Notes under the pieces: generated by a model
Seen by the model: only the letters and a program-made list of their open reading frames with translations
The model's database searches: none
Told to the model about the DNA's origin: nothing
Position numbers and translations under genes: made by a program
Assembly (NCBI GenBank): GCA_973895155.1
Contig: OZ316895.1
Coordinates: 12,717,929-12,781,928 of the forward strand
Length of the DNA: 64,000 bases
Source of the DNA: Marsupella aquatica
Taxonomy: Eukaryota > Plantae > Marchantiophyta
Direction: 5' to 3'
Part shown: positions 23,470 through 37,191 of the stretch, piece by piece
Numbering within the stretch: position 1 is the first letter of the stretch
How the letters are laid out: every line of letters begins with the position of its first letter

Positions 23470-24400
23470 ATGCCTGTCTTAGTCCCAAATGTTGTTGTTT
23501 GCTCTGGCCCAAGTTTGCTAGAACATAAACCAACTCTGGCCCAATTTGTCACTTGTTCCGGCCTGATCAACTTTGTGTCATTGACTTTGGGTCTATGTTT
23601 TGGCACACTTCACTTGTTGTGGCCTGCTCCGACCCAAGTCCCCAATATTGCTGCCCGCTCACACCCTAGTTTGTCAGAACATAAACCAAAACTCTATCAT
23701 TAATCATAATTCTGATTCAAAGTACTAGGCTTTTTCTTGAAAACTTAGACTCCATTACAAAATAGAGATGACTCCATTGGAAAGCAGTGTTGCCAAAACA
23801 TAATTAAACCACTACTCTATAGAGAAGAAGGCCCTATTTATTCTCCCACAAAACTTTGAAAGTATTCCACCACACCCATTTAAATGGACCTATATTTCCT
23901 TGCATGTGAGGTGCCACTTCTGTGGAAGTGACCCTCCGAGGGCAGAACATTCAACCAACACTCTATCATCATGAGTTTTAACCAAAGTACTAGGCTCTGC
24001 CTGAACACTAAGACTCTATTATGAAGCAAACATGACTCCGTTGGCAAACACTGTTGGCAAACACTGTTGCCGAAACATAAACCATGACTCCATAAAGAAA
24101 AATACATTTGGCAAAACATAAACCAAGACTCTAACAATCATGCTTTTAACCAAAGTACTAGACTCCCCCTAACACTTAGACTATGTTACAAAACAAACAT
24201 GACTCCATTGGAAAGAAGTGTTGGTAGAACATAAACCACTATTCCATAAAGAAGAAGTCGATGACACAAGTGGATCGGGCCGAAATAATGACAAGAAGTG
24301 AAGGATACCAGAACATAAACTTCAAGCTGATGACACAAAATTGATTGGACCGGAGCGAAAGACAAAATGGTACAGTATTGATTTGTGTTTTGGCAAAGTC
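23470..24400. repeat. Complex repeat block: three diverged ~120-bp direct units flanked by inverted modules
   Basis: atcat..caaagtactag..agact..atgactcc.ttgg..tgttg..aacataa occurs at about 23703, 23968 and 24137. tttgtcacttgttccggcctgatcaactttgtgtcat (about 23545) is inverted at about 24260 and 24330. AACATAAAC motifs recur. Confidence 0.65.
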
Positions 24401-25605
24401 AGGTCAAAACGGGGGCGATGCACTAGACCCGAAGAAAATGAGAGAGGATTAACTTGACATAGTTAAGGCACACAGAATATTTTTGCACTCCAAGTTTGTG
24501 TAAGTGCACCAACGTCTTGTGTAAGCCACCCGTATCAGAAAAGCTATGGAACTCGTTTTCCCTGTGTGCGTACGAAGGTTTCTTGTCGACGTCGATGCAG
24601 AGTGCATTCATTGTCGTGAAGTCAAAGGCGATGGTAGTGCTGGTGTTGATTGACATTGGTGAGATTACTACTGTCCCATATCGTTGTCTTCGCTGCTGCT
24701 GTACTCGATTGCTGCGCACCAGAAGCATCATAATGAACACGCAATAAGGTACATCTTGTAGCCTGTAGGAAAAGGACTTTCCTTGGCCGGACGATGTGCA
24801 ATAAATTCAGGTCCATGGATGCAGAGTTTGTTGTTTCATTCATTATTCAATGCCGTGTAAAGGTGCAGTACGTACTTCCAAACCCATCAGTCATAAGTTC
24901 GACTTTCGAAGCTTCTTTGGTACCGTAGTGACAATGTCAGCGAAACCTGAAAACCTGGTAAGAGCGTTCTCCTGGTCAAATTGTGGTGAATCTCGACACA
25001 GAATGGAATCAGAACGATGGAATTTGAGAGAGATAGATCCAAAATCGATTCATTAGGGAGTCTCAAATTGGTAACCCTAATAACATCGCTCATTCTTCGC
25101 TGAAGGAAAGCAAACACTTTCTTTCGATGACGAACCAACAATTTGAAGAAATCCTCACGACTGCAGAAACGTCAGGACGATGATTGCGAAATGAGCGACG
25201 CGGCTGTCAGTTTTTTTTTAATTCTGTCTTAGGGAAAGCTGTTACTGGTTGTGGCAACGCATTAGCATGGTCATGAACCACAATTTTGTTGCTAACGAAT
25301 GCTCAGACAGTCTGTCTGACTTGTGCGTTGAGCTGAGCCAATCCTATTTCCTTTGTAAGTGCTTTGTTGCTCTCACTTTACTAATAGTAGTGGTGTTGGT
25401 GTCATGCTTAATCGATTTGCTCTCTGAATTGTCCTTGTTTTCGTTTTAGCTCCAGGTATGCTTCAAATTGCCACTTGGTCGCCGTCTGATTGTGCTACTC
25501 ATTTCTTTGGAAGAGTGAGCCGATCTGCTTCGTACATACTCATCGACTAGCAATGTTGATGCTCTGCTTTCATTTCTGGTCAATCAATTACACAGATGGA
25601 GATAC

Positions 25606-25829
25606 GAACGGTCGATTTGGATTGAGCCGGAGCATGTGGTCTGATCATAAATGAAGAGAAAAATCATTGCAGAGAAATTGCACTTGAATAAAAACGACAG
25701 TCAATTGCAGAAAACTTGAACGGTCGATTTGGATTGAGCCGGAGCATGTGGTCTGATCATAAATGAAGAGAAAAATCATTGCAGAGAAATTGCACTTGAA
25801 TAAAAACGACAGTCAATTGCAGAAAACTT
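25606..25829 (+). repeat. Perfect 112-bp tandem duplication
   Basis: gaacggtcgatttggattgagccgg...gcagaaaactt occurs at 25606 and 25718 with no mismatch seen. Confidence 0.92.
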
Positions 25830-28800
25830 GCGAAGTAGACTTTCCTGATGATGAGAATTGAATGTCATACGTTGGGAACCAAAATATCGTAGCAGTGAGC
25901 CAGTGAGGTAATGATCGCTGTTGAAGCTCCATGCTATTCCTTCGCGTGCTTTCTGCAAGGCATGTCATTAACGATGCTAAACCTCTCTAAACCCCTAGGC
26001 CATCTCTGGTTACCAAACCACCACTAACCATGACAAAATGGTTACAAGAGGTTTCACCATAAATAGTATCCTTTCTTGAATTTGTGGAGCAATTTGGAAA
26101 GGGGTGGAACAATATAGAAAGGGAGAAGAGAAGAATGAGAGCAAAGAGAATATGGCTAGTGGCAGTTGACCCAAAGTGTCATTTGCTACTTGCTATTAGG
26201 GCATGTCAAAGCACTGCTGTAACTCAGTTACGGCTTAGGACATAAATCACTGTTATGGCCTGGACGTAACTCCTTATGGGGTACCTAGAAAGGTGCCTCG
26301 TAAGTCTCGTACATCCTAAAGTTGTATGTCCGTAGGGTGACGACCGTCCATTTTTTGGAGAAGCCAGAACGCTGCCCTGTCACTAGTCACTGCAATGCCC
26401 GCCCGCACTTGTGGCCCTTTGTCTCGTTCCCCTGTGGTGTCGTTCGTGTCTCTACAAGGGCCAACAAGTAGCCCCTACGATGGTCTGAAAATGTGATCGT
26501 CATGCAAAGATTTGCTCCGTGAAGCTTCAATAATGCTTCAATCTAATCAAACGAGCTCTCACAGAAAACAAATGAGAGAAGGAGAACGAGAGTGACCAAA
26601 TGCACTGATTTAGCAGAGGCCCTGCAAGTAATACAGTATCAAGCTTGGCTCTGAGGAGCTCCATTCTTCGGTTTAGAGGTTTAGATTCACTTGGCGCTCT
26701 CTCTTGATCAACAGAGCCTCAAATTGAGGTCTGACTCCAATTACCTAGAGTCATCAGTCTATTCTCCCAACACATTGTAACGTCCTCGATGAATAACAGT
26801 CTGATCAGATTTGGTGTTCCTCCAGCATTGCCTGCAACTCCCTCTGCTGCATAATTCTTTCGTTCATTCACCGGCCCACCTGGAAAATCATTGGTGAAAT
26901 TGATGTGGGTTCATTCGTTCCTCCTTCCACAAAACTTTCACTGGCAGAGTGGCACATGCCACTATGCGTACTTATAGTTTACCACTGTGTGGCATTCTTC
27001 ACTTGCCGCTCGTGCAATTCACCACGGAGAATGGAACTCATTCTGGACTTCGAGCGGACTGCGAGCTTACTCTGTCCTAAGAATTGAGATTCAGCTGGTT
27101 CATTCGATGAGCACAAACGAACAGAATGATATGTAATTCAGGCTCTGAGCCGAGACGTTGTGGCACAGCAGAGGGACCGCAGGACGAATTCCTTCCAAGG
27201 TCCAAGTATCGGAGAAGAGAACTTGAATTGAATTTTGCAAAGCTGATGGAGCGGGGCAGAATGACAGATTTTTCTTTGATGGTGAATGGTGGCCACAGCA
27301 GCAAGTGGTGTCTGCATTTGTCACCAGCCATAACTCCAATTTCTACCTTGTAAGGAGGTTTTACGGGAGGTGTCAAAACGTGTTGCTCTTGCCCATAAAG
27401 ATTCCCGTAACATATTTTATGGCTTTCTTAATGAGGGACACAAGGCAGGGCTTACGGCCATGCTTTGACACACCCTATTAGGGTCAATAGCAAGGGGAGA
27501 GCACCCTGACTCTATCCCTATCCACTTGGTATGATGTGATAGACCTGGAATTGACCATAACTTCTGCCAAATTATCTGTACCCACAACCCTCTATTATGG
27601 TCAATAGCAAGAACCCCTACTCTATCCCCACCCATAATTATTGGTACATTGTGATAAACATCCACTTGACCATAACTTCAGCCAAATGATCTCTGCCCAT
27701 AATCTTACAAGTGTTTCATGATGACACAATGTGGACGCAAATGATCTCTACCCATACTCTTGCAAGTGTTTCATGATGACACAATCCAGTCCATCCACAT
27801 GTATAAGCCTGAGTGAGCGACTGAGCGGGCTCTTGCACCACTGGCCTTAATGGACCAGTTCTGGCATGTACGAGGCAAGTTCTGGTGCGCCTATGACCTG
27901 TGTTTGACTGTGCTTTGGGCTGGTTGGGAAAAAAAGGCGTAAACTCTAAAATCCTGCTATAATTCATCCCGCGTTGGCATTTCCAGCAATGAGTGGGAAT
28001 CCCGGTGAGTGCCCCGTAACTCTCCATTACCAGCCAGAGTTGGAACCATATTTCCAAAACCTTTTATAACAAGCCCAATAACACCCCATTAAGTAAGATG
28101 TCAAGGGAGATATTTACAATAGAATTTTGTTTTACAAACATGTTCCCAAACTAGAAGCGTAAACGGTATCCGGCATCATATTTTTTAAGGTTTTAGCTTT
28201 GAGCCAGTGTGGGAAATGTCACCCACTCTAAGGGAGAATATGCTAGAAATATTTCTTATCAGTTTTTTTGGATTGCATATTGACCGTCAGATATCCTTAG
28301 ATTTAGGGAAGAACTGTTAGATTCTAATGAATGGGGTTGATTCTAGCTGGTGGGGTCCATGATTGGATGGGGATGTGGCAAATTAAAAAATATCTAACAA
28401 ATTCTATGTTGGGGAGGGGAAATTTGGCGAAAACTCGCACCCAAGAAATAAGCCCGTATCCGGGTCCATGGAAGCTACGTCCATTACTTTGTGATAACTA
28501 TGACCCGACAGCAACTTAGTGCCAGATAACATACCTTAACAATAATGATCGTCGATGCTGTCATATAATTATGTGTCGGGAGTTTCGACTCGTTAAAGAC
28601 AGTTACTGCGGTCGGTGATTCGTTTGGTTCGTTAGTTCATTGTCTTTTTGGGGAACAAGCTACGGCGACAGCGGAGCGAGAAGCCTTTACTGCGATGAAA
28701 AGTGAAACGATGGAAACTTTCCGACCTTCGATCGAAGCCTGACAATCTCGGGATAGCAACGGTCGAGAGACGGCGAACGGAAACAGCGGTGCGTAAGTGC

Positions 28801-31800
28801 GTTGGGCAAATGAGCCAAACATTGACAAATGCAGGATCTACGTGGTTTCGGCGTGAAGTAATGCTTTTGGAACAGCGGGACAACAAATATATATCATAAG
28901 AGGAACGTACCAATTGAATTAAAAAAAGGCCAAACAAGTACAACGGGACTACAGTGCCACAGTGGTGCCATCGAACTTGCAAGAAGGTTTCCGTTCGAGA
29001 TTAAAGCGAAACTAAAAGTGGTTTGGGAATGATTGGGAATCCGCGTCGCCGCGATGGACCACATTGCCAGTCATGCAGATTTTCTGTAACTAAGGTTATT
29101 GGTGAAGAGTAACTAAACTACCCTGATTATCTCATGAAAACAAAAAAATTAACCCCCCAAAGAATACATTCTATGTTATTTCCATTTCATTTTTACTCAT
29201 CTCTGTTTTTGGGTACATTTTTGTCATTATTGAGAATGCTAGAGTCTCTTTCTAGACCTAGCCTTGGAAGATACATTTACATAGTGGGTTATTAATATAA
29301 TGTGATACTTTTTTAAAGTTTAATATAGTCTCATTTTGCTTCGCTATCTTTCATAGAGAAAAGTTATTTTAACTTGCTTTCAGAATTTCACGTGTACATG
29401 TGAATGTTTCCTGGCCAAAAAGGTTTCTCGGTCTAATTTTCCAGATATGTACCTGACACCTAGCCATGCCATGTGTTCAAGGGTCCATTCCAACTGAAAA
29501 CACATTTTCTCTGGCAATTTACCTTACATAAAGTTGTCAGGCCGATGTGTTTTCCAGGCTTTTTTATTACACTGTTATATGGTGAATCCATGTGACCAGT
29601 TCTTTAAGCATGATTGAAGTTTTATTCACCAGAACGGAACCTACTAGGCTAAGGTTAGGAACTTAGAGTCTACCTCAACACCTTTACTCCATTAAGAGCT
29701 TATCTTCTTTCTCCCAACACAACGCCATGGTCTTATATTTGAATAGTGGGCCATGGGTCACACATTTGGCCTGGGACACCCTCAACAATCATTGCAATAA
29801 AAATATCCCTTTCAGGCAAGCCTACGGCATTACATGAGAATGCATACTCACATGACCACACCAAGCTGCACACTGACAGGCAACCAAGTCCAGTTTCTAC
29901 TTTGGGTTTTAACTGTATATGAATACAACTATGCTGACCATTGCAGAACAGTGGTTCTTTTGACTAATAATAAGTGTCACAACTTTGCCTTCTGGATCTC
30001 TTTTGCTTTTACTCCATTACTTTTTTCTGGAAAATTTGTCCTTTTGCTTCGGGGCAAAGAAACAATAAAGTGTCATTTCTTCCCCTTGTACTTTCTCACA
30101 TATACTTGTCATACTGGAGCACTAAAATATATTAAACTGCATTATTGTCATAATCATTGAGCAACGGGGTCACAAGATAACAAGTGTTTGTCCACCTTGC
30201 TATGGATACAAGGGAAATATCTTGGGAATAAAATAAGTGAAGGTATAGAGGTATCCCTTGTATCCATAGCTTTATACCTTCACCTCTGGATACAAGGGAA
30301 AGGTATAAGCGATATATGTTACCTCTTATGGGGTTCTTTCTAGAGCTCTCTGTCAGTTTGTTGTTCAACTTTAGTTATTTTGCCGTTGTTTGGGGTCTCT
30401 TGGGCATGCTTTTTTGCTCGTCAGTGTTTCCAGATTTCTTTTGTCTTCCACTCTCTATGGGCTTCTTGCCAATGGGATAGTCTCTCCTGGCATGGTGGTT
30501 TTTGTTCATTGGCAGTGTTACACATAGTAGATTGAGGATAATCATGCTTCTCAATTTTGAAATGGACAATGGATTTGTTTTGTAATAATTGCTTTACATC
30601 ATGAAGGTAGAGCATAGTCATATGCTCGGATGAGATCCAAAAGGAAGCTCAGACAATAGCAACAACTCACTTACATGTCAATAACAGCGACTGTACACAA
30701 ATAAAAGAGATCACCAGCAGCCATTGAGCCATGTCATGTCATCCAGTTATATTTTCCAACCTATCAATCACATCGAAGGTTACTAACCCTACCGGAGTAA
30801 AAGGTTTGGAAACGATGCAGATTCCATTCAAGCTTACAGCTTGGCAGAGCATGTTTTTGGACAGAAAGTTTTATCTTACAATGGGGATCTGAAACTTTAA
30901 TAAAAGGGTGTCTTAGAACTCAGCCTGGGCCTGAATTGCCAGTTCAGGGTTAGTCCCATAATTCAAATTCTATTAGGGAGTCTCAAACATTGAAGCTGCA
31001 TGCAAAAATGATGCCCAGAACTATTGGTTCTGGTCACAGGGCAATTTTTTTAATGTCCGCCACTTTTTTATTGGAAATTCATAGCTGACCACAACTGAAG
31101 GCTACACTCAAGGTTTGAGACCCCCTATTAAGAAAACTGTGAGCGACAGCATTGACTTGCCCCATGAGACTAATGCTAAATCGCACAATTTCTAATTAGT
31201 TAGCTGCACGTTCCAACGATTGGCGTTCGTTATGGCCGTCTATTATTTACTAGTAATCAAATTAGCTGACTAATTTTGGGGCAATATTCAAATTTTAGGG
31301 ATGACGTCCTAACGATGTAAAACTGGGCCCACTTCTTGTTCCGCTGTCCTGCCGTGATGGGCACATAAGAGGTCCTCCATAATTTATACCCAAAGTACAA
31401 CAAAGCAGAAAGTACGGGTCATGCATGAGTGGAGAAGACCAAGCACATGGTCGTCTCTGCGTGAGGGCAGTTTCTTTTTAAAGGAGTCCTCTCTCATCAG
31501 TTCCTTACTTTGCACTTGATTACGGCGTATGTTACTATGTACCTTCAAGAGGTGAGGTTCTGAACTCCAAGCAACAAAAAGCTCAGAGAAATAATGGAAG
31601 TTACGAAGGATGGATTCCAGCAGAAGTAAAACTGGAGAGGACTTTAGTGTGGAGTTGTTGTAGCTGCTTGCAGTAATAAGTTACTGATCCATGGCGTTTC
31701 ACAACTGGAGGTGCTGTGTTGTTTGCTTACCATTTTGGGTGCTGCCGCTGCTGTCCTGCCTGTCAAACAACTGAACAGAAGTGGGCAGAGCTGCTTCCCT

Positions 31801-32641
31801 ACACTACCACAATAGTTGTTGAGGCTCTGGAATGCGTGATGGATGACGATTCACCCTACTGCCGGAGGGGCCGAGGGGAGCTGTGTAGAGGACGGTTGTG
31901 CTCGTTGGCCAGTCATCATTCTGTGTTTTCCAGCTGGATTTATTGACGTGTGCTGCCTGTGAAGGTCAGTAGCCAGGGAGGGATTCTCCAGGGTCGGGTC
32001 TGATGATAATTCGATTCCTCGCTTGTCCCACCCGATAAACTCCGTGTCTGCTCCTTCGCTGATGTTATTTAGAGGGACAGATCCCATTCACGAAGACTTG
32101 AGAGCCGTTACCGTAGTGTGGACTGTGGAGCTCTCTGAAACCGCTGCTCTGGATCTTCACCTGAGTTGGTGGGTGCTGTTGCTGTACATCGGCAGTCCGG
32201 TGATGCATGTGTGTGGTGGTGTTCAGCAGCTTTTTCATCGTCAGATCCATGTCTGGGTTGGGGGAGGAAGCTAATAAGTTGTAGATATGTAAACACAGAG
32301 TGCTCCTTTATTCGCCAACACGCCTCTCTCTTTCACAGAGAAAGGGAAACTTTATGCAACAACATCAGTCGCATTAACGTGGTGTAGCTGGTTGGTCCCC
32401 ATTGAGCTTGACGTTGCTCTGCATTGTGCGTTATGAACTGTTGTCTGTCAGAATTGTAAGCCGACAAACTCATTGAAGCTGGCTCTCCATCTGCACTGTA
32501 GGCCCTTACGAAGTAATTTGCTCGATGCCATCGGGAGATAGTGTAGAATTGGTGTGATTCTGTGGAGTTAATCACTCTCTGCAGCTCCCGAGGTTGGGAT
32601 ACTACATTCAATTCTCCTTGACATAGATAGACAGCAGCAGA

Positions 32642-33406
32642 ATGACGGACCGAGTGTATCCGGAGACGGCAGCGAACCGAAATGGGTTTCCGAGAGGGCC
32701 CAAAGGGGCCTACACCAACTTGAAGGGCGATCAACTACCATTTCAACCTCGTCCACCACCACCACAAACAGCACGTCCACAAATCTACAATGACGGATAC
32801 AACGGCCGCCCCAGGAGAAGAGGTTGCTTCTGCCGCTGTCTGGCATGGTCCTGCTTCGCCTTCATTCTCATCATCATCCTGCTCGGAATTGCTGCGCTCG
32901 TGTTCTACCTTGTCGTCCGCCCCAAGGCCCCAAAGTACAACGTGCAGGACGTCCGCCTTACGAACTTTGCAATCATTCCTTCTGGCTCTGTGTCTTCAGT
33001 GGTGTTCCAGCTGAGCGCCACAACTTCATACTCGGTGCAAGTTCGCAATCCTAACAAGCACATTGGAATCTACTACGACACAATCAACATAGTGGTGGAA
33101 TCGGAAGGCGCCATCATAGGGCAAGGGTCCGTCCCTTCTTTCTACCAGGGTCACGAGAACACCACCATCATTGCCGGAGAGCTCAAGTCTGCGAATTTGC
33201 CGTTGGTGTCGACGGTGGGTAACGCCCTACAGTCTGCTCAGAAGAATGGAAAGATTCCTCTGATGGTTTCTGTGGACGTGCGGGTCAGGGTTAAGGTTGG
33301 GTCATTCAAGACCCCCCACTTCTGGGTCCATGTGAGGTGCAACGTGGATGTCAACCCGAGCGCTACTGGGTCCCAAGTTTTGTCCAAGACTTGCAAGGTT
33401 AATTAA
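32642..33406 (+). CDS. NDR1/HIN1-like (NHL) LEA_2-domain membrane protein, intronless CDS, 254 aa
   Basis: N-terminal MTDRVYP, Pro-rich region, RRRGCFCRC, one TM helix, then RPKAPKYNV, VRNPNKHIGIYYD, PSFYQGH and terminal C..D....C. This is typical NHL architecture. Confidence 0.93.
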   Translation: MTDRVYPETAANRNGFPRGPKGAYTNLKGDQLPFQPRPPPPQTARPQIYNDGYNGRPRRRGCFCRCLAWSCFAFILIIILLGIAALVFYLVVRPKAPKYNVQDVRLTNFAIIPSGSVSSVVFQLSATTSYSVQVRNPNKHIGIYYDTINIVVESEGAIIGQGSVPSFYQGHENTTIIAGELKSANLPLVSTVGNALQSAQKNGKIPLMVSVDVRVRVKVGSFKTPHFWVHVRCNVDVNPSATGSQVLSKTCKVN

Positions 33407-36400
33407 AAGTTGAGCGAGCCGCTCATGTCATGTAATCTTTGCTCACTCGCGATTCGGTTTTCCTGTGCTTTCGGCCTGGTCGGTTGGGATGAGGCAGAGG
33501 AGAAGCATTTGCCGTTCGTGAATGATGGTCTGCCCAGTCTTCACTGTTTAGTAGTTTCCTGAGTGGAAAGCTCTGAAAGGAGGTGAAGGATTACTGCCCT
33601 TGACCTTGTTGGTCATGAGATGACTGGAAGGAATCGGCATAGCAAAAATATGCATAAATATGGTACAGGGGCAACGACGCACTGTTTCTTCAAGAGTTGC
33701 TCGTAACTTTCGTTCGAGGATGTCGTTTGGTTGTGACATGCACTTTCAGCCCTGGCAGAGGATGAATCTATTGAAGGGGTGGTACTTGATAGTCGGCATA
33801 CTTGTAAATAGAGAAAAGAATTGTGTTGGTATGTCACTCGATTAGATTAGCATGCAGAAATTGCATGTAGGAAACGTTGATTCATCTATTACTTGGGATA
33901 CCCCTAATGCCAATCACAGTTTCTGTAGCGGCAACGGGAGATGTGGCTACGGCCTTCGTGCGACCGACTGTCAGTCCCAAGTCTAGAGAAGGACAGAATT
34001 TTACTCCGAATGAGTTATCGTTGCGGATGATTATGCAGAGTTTCCCAGGAACTAGAGAGAGACAGATACTAGTCATTTCACAGCGCATGGAGTCATTGGA
34101 AAGGGACCCATGGATGGTCGTTTCCTACCGCAGGTACTTACAGCTCCGAGTTTTGACCGAAAGATGTACAGCCTCGCTTCGATTTGGGAGATTATCAACG
34201 TGCACTGGTTTATAAAAGTTGCCGGAGTTGGGTGTTCTCTGAAAGTATCTCGGGCGCCTGTCGGCTCGTTGTGCTTGGATGTCTGCTATCGTATTGTAGA
34301 ATTGTGTGTTGGTGTGTTATGGAATCTGCTTGCGTCACCCATCAGCAGGCCGTGTGGATTCGACTGTAAACAGTTCTGTAGACTTCCTTTCGATAGATGC
34401 TTGCAGTTGCAACGGGAGGTGGTAGCTTCTGTGGCACTGCTGAACTCTCGAAGTCTAAACAATTTATTGTGGAAGCTTTAAAACATGCTCTCTGGGCTAC
34501 AACCCATCAGATGTTTGTGATTGAAGTTTTTCGCGGTATTGCAATCATGCTGGAGATGCCCAAACTTAAGGGTCGTGCATGTCTCGTGTATTGGGCAGCG
34601 GTCCTCTTTGTACTGGTCGTCTGGTTCAGGAGTTTTGGCATCTTATTAAAACAAGGGAAGGGACATGTGACAAATGTGGCTGAGCTTACGCATCATAGAA
34701 ATTTCCGTGAAGAGAAATTCTTCGTGGAGGGAATTGAAATTTATACAGCGAGATGGTCCAAATTACGTCTATGTGTTCGGGTATGTGTTGTTCCCTACTA
34801 ACCGAATTTGTCCTCGGGTCAATTTCTGCTTGATTCATTAGCATCATGACCTTTAGACCCACCCAAAACTATTGCCAGTCGAGCCTAAAATTTGGAAGCT
34901 AGAAGTGAATTGTAGCCGGAATTATTAGTACATTTGGGATGTCTTGTCGGGAGAGAGTAGAGATGTACTGTTATGTGCCAATTGCGCACACAGTGAGATA
35001 CGTTACTTGCACCTTACACTTTGACCCATCACGCGCTTGTGGGATTCGCTTGTGACTGATCTGTTGAAGAGATCTCTCCGGTCTCTTGAAACCGGGCCCA
35101 GGTGACAGTTGAAGAGACATCGTTAAATCATTCAATGAATGTGAAACAGCTGAAGACACTCTGCAACTTACTGTCTTGGGAAACGGAATTACTATACAGA
35201 CTGAACAAGACGCTCATCCCACTTGCAGTCTTAGTTACTACTCTAGACGTGGACAACTACTGTAGCTAACAACACAATTGTAGTGGTCGATTTTCCATCC
35301 ATCATTTGCTTAGTTTCGTGTTCAGTGGCATGTGCCCTTTCGTTTTACGTTTGTCCTCATAGGACTTTGCTCGACTCTTATCAAGAAATTGACCCTCTCA
35401 TTCTTCTTTCTAGGTCCTTGGCAGACATGTTTTACTAAGTAACTTTCCTTGCCTCTCATTTTTCAAAGATTCAGGCTAGAGTTAAGATGCATCCGTCGTG
35501 ACCTAAGCTGCGAGTAATCTCATCCTTTCCTTTCTCTCAATCACTTTCATGAGTTAACTAAATGGTTAACGCATGAAAGTGAAATGGTTCACATAATTGA
35601 TGACATTGGTTTTGAAAGAGTTACGACGCTCTTTATCATTATCATTTCATTTCAGATGTGCCATCGCATCCGTCGTCTTCAACTGTGTTATTCTTTCCAA
35701 GTCTGTCAAAATGAAACGTTTTGAGAGTCTCGGGGGTACAAACTGCAATGCCACAGTACTCGGAGGTACTTCACTTGTTGATGAAGGTCACAATTGATTC
35801 GAGTGAGACGATCAATGGCAATCATAGACAAATAAAGATGGGCAGGTGCCGTTCTATCAACTGATCAAAAGAAGGCCAGAATGCACTGGACTGCTGGAGA
35901 AAATATGTCCAAGTCATTGGGCGTTCATTCCTTTGGAATATTGTTGAACCTTATTTTGAGTACAAAACTTTACCCTTGACAAACGATGTCTCGAGACATT
36001 ACTGAACGTTGAGCGCTGACTGCCAATCATCACCCTCATATATAGTTCTTAGGGGTTGAACACTGACCTGGCTAGGCTAGGCTTGTGCTTCTGACTTTAG
36101 CTCAAATTCATGAAACTCCACCACTTTCTTTTTCTTTTGGAAAAGCTTTCAAAATCGTTCCTGTGCTGGGAAGACCAATTCTTGCGCACATTCTAATGTT
36201 CAGATTTGAGCGATGACAGGCAGGCTTGACTGTTTACAGGAATGGTCTTGAAGGGCGTACAGGTTCGTTTGCAATGTAAACTCTGGGTGAACTTCTGCCA
36301 GTAGTGATGGTTTCTGTGTCAGTTAAATGACTGCCCCTGTTACTGTACTCGCCATGGAGGATCTTAACAATCCCACTTCTTAACAAAAACATATGGGCTG

Positions 36401-36524
36401 ATCCCATCCAAGCTTCTCATTGGAGATGAAAGCAACTCTATGTTCAATTAGCACAAAATTCTAAAGACTAAAATTACAATCCGAGTTCAGAGGAGGAAAT
36501 ACTTGGGTGTGAAGGGAGGTTGTG

Positions 36525-37101
36525 TAGGGTAACCTATCCCCAAGAAGGGGTAATGGGATGTAATGCCAGAGGACATTGAGCCAGAAGGGAAAGCCTTAGT
36601 GCAATTTTGAACCATTCATTTTTCCTTGGAATTTTGAACCATTTATTTTTACACTGGGAATTTTTCATTTGTCACTATTTGCATTTTTGAACATTCATTT
36701 CATTTAAAAATTTCATCTATCATTGTCTGTCACTTGCACCTTATTGTATTTATCGTACAAATTCCAAAATCCGCAGGCTAGGCTGGCACTAGTTTTGTGG
36801 CTTCACTCAGGGGCAATGCCTGATAACCATGTGTAGGCATATAAAGAAAACTTCATGAGGGTTTTATTTTTTGAATTTCTTTTACTTATTTTTGAATTTT
36901 AGCTATTGTGCCAACAAAAAATAATGTCAATTTCTTTGCTGACCACTCGATGAAATATGTCATGCTTAGTATTCTTTTAACCGGTTTTGGAAGATTTTTC
37001 CAGTGAGCTAAATCGAGGTACAGCCCACCATTGTCTCAGTGGGATGTAATGCCCGAGGGTGGAGATATTCCCATTACTCCTCTTGGGGATGGGTGACCCT
37101 A
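36525..37101. mobile_element. Putative non-autonomous TIR element (TAGGG termini, hAT-like)
   Basis: TAGGGTAACCTATCCCCAAGAAGGGGTAATGGGA versus TCCCATTACTCCTCTTGGGGATGGGTGACCCTA. No TSD found. Confidence 0.55.
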
Positions 37102-37191
37102 CTCTAAATATTCTTAGCATCTTATCCTTTGCAGCACAAGATGACACTCTAAATATTCCTAGCATCTTATCCTTTGGAGCACAAGATGACA
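37101..37191 (+). repeat. 45-bp tandem duplication upstream of YCF54
   Basis: actctaaatattcYtagcatcttatcctttgSagcacaagatgac, two copies. Confidence 0.85.

Noticed and set aside
23700-24260. Spaced ~120-bp repeats as a CRISPR-like or other spacer array
   Set aside because: The units are long, diverged and irregularly spaced, which fits TE or satellite decay better.
25617-25640. GATTGAGCCG resembling the 5' part of miR171
   Set aside because: Only about 10 nt match, the rest diverges, and no complementary star arm was seen.
33548-35159. Cluster of 60-134-aa ORFs downstream of the NHL gene
   Set aside because: They overlap in several frames without motifs, consistent with 3' UTR or intergenic sequence.
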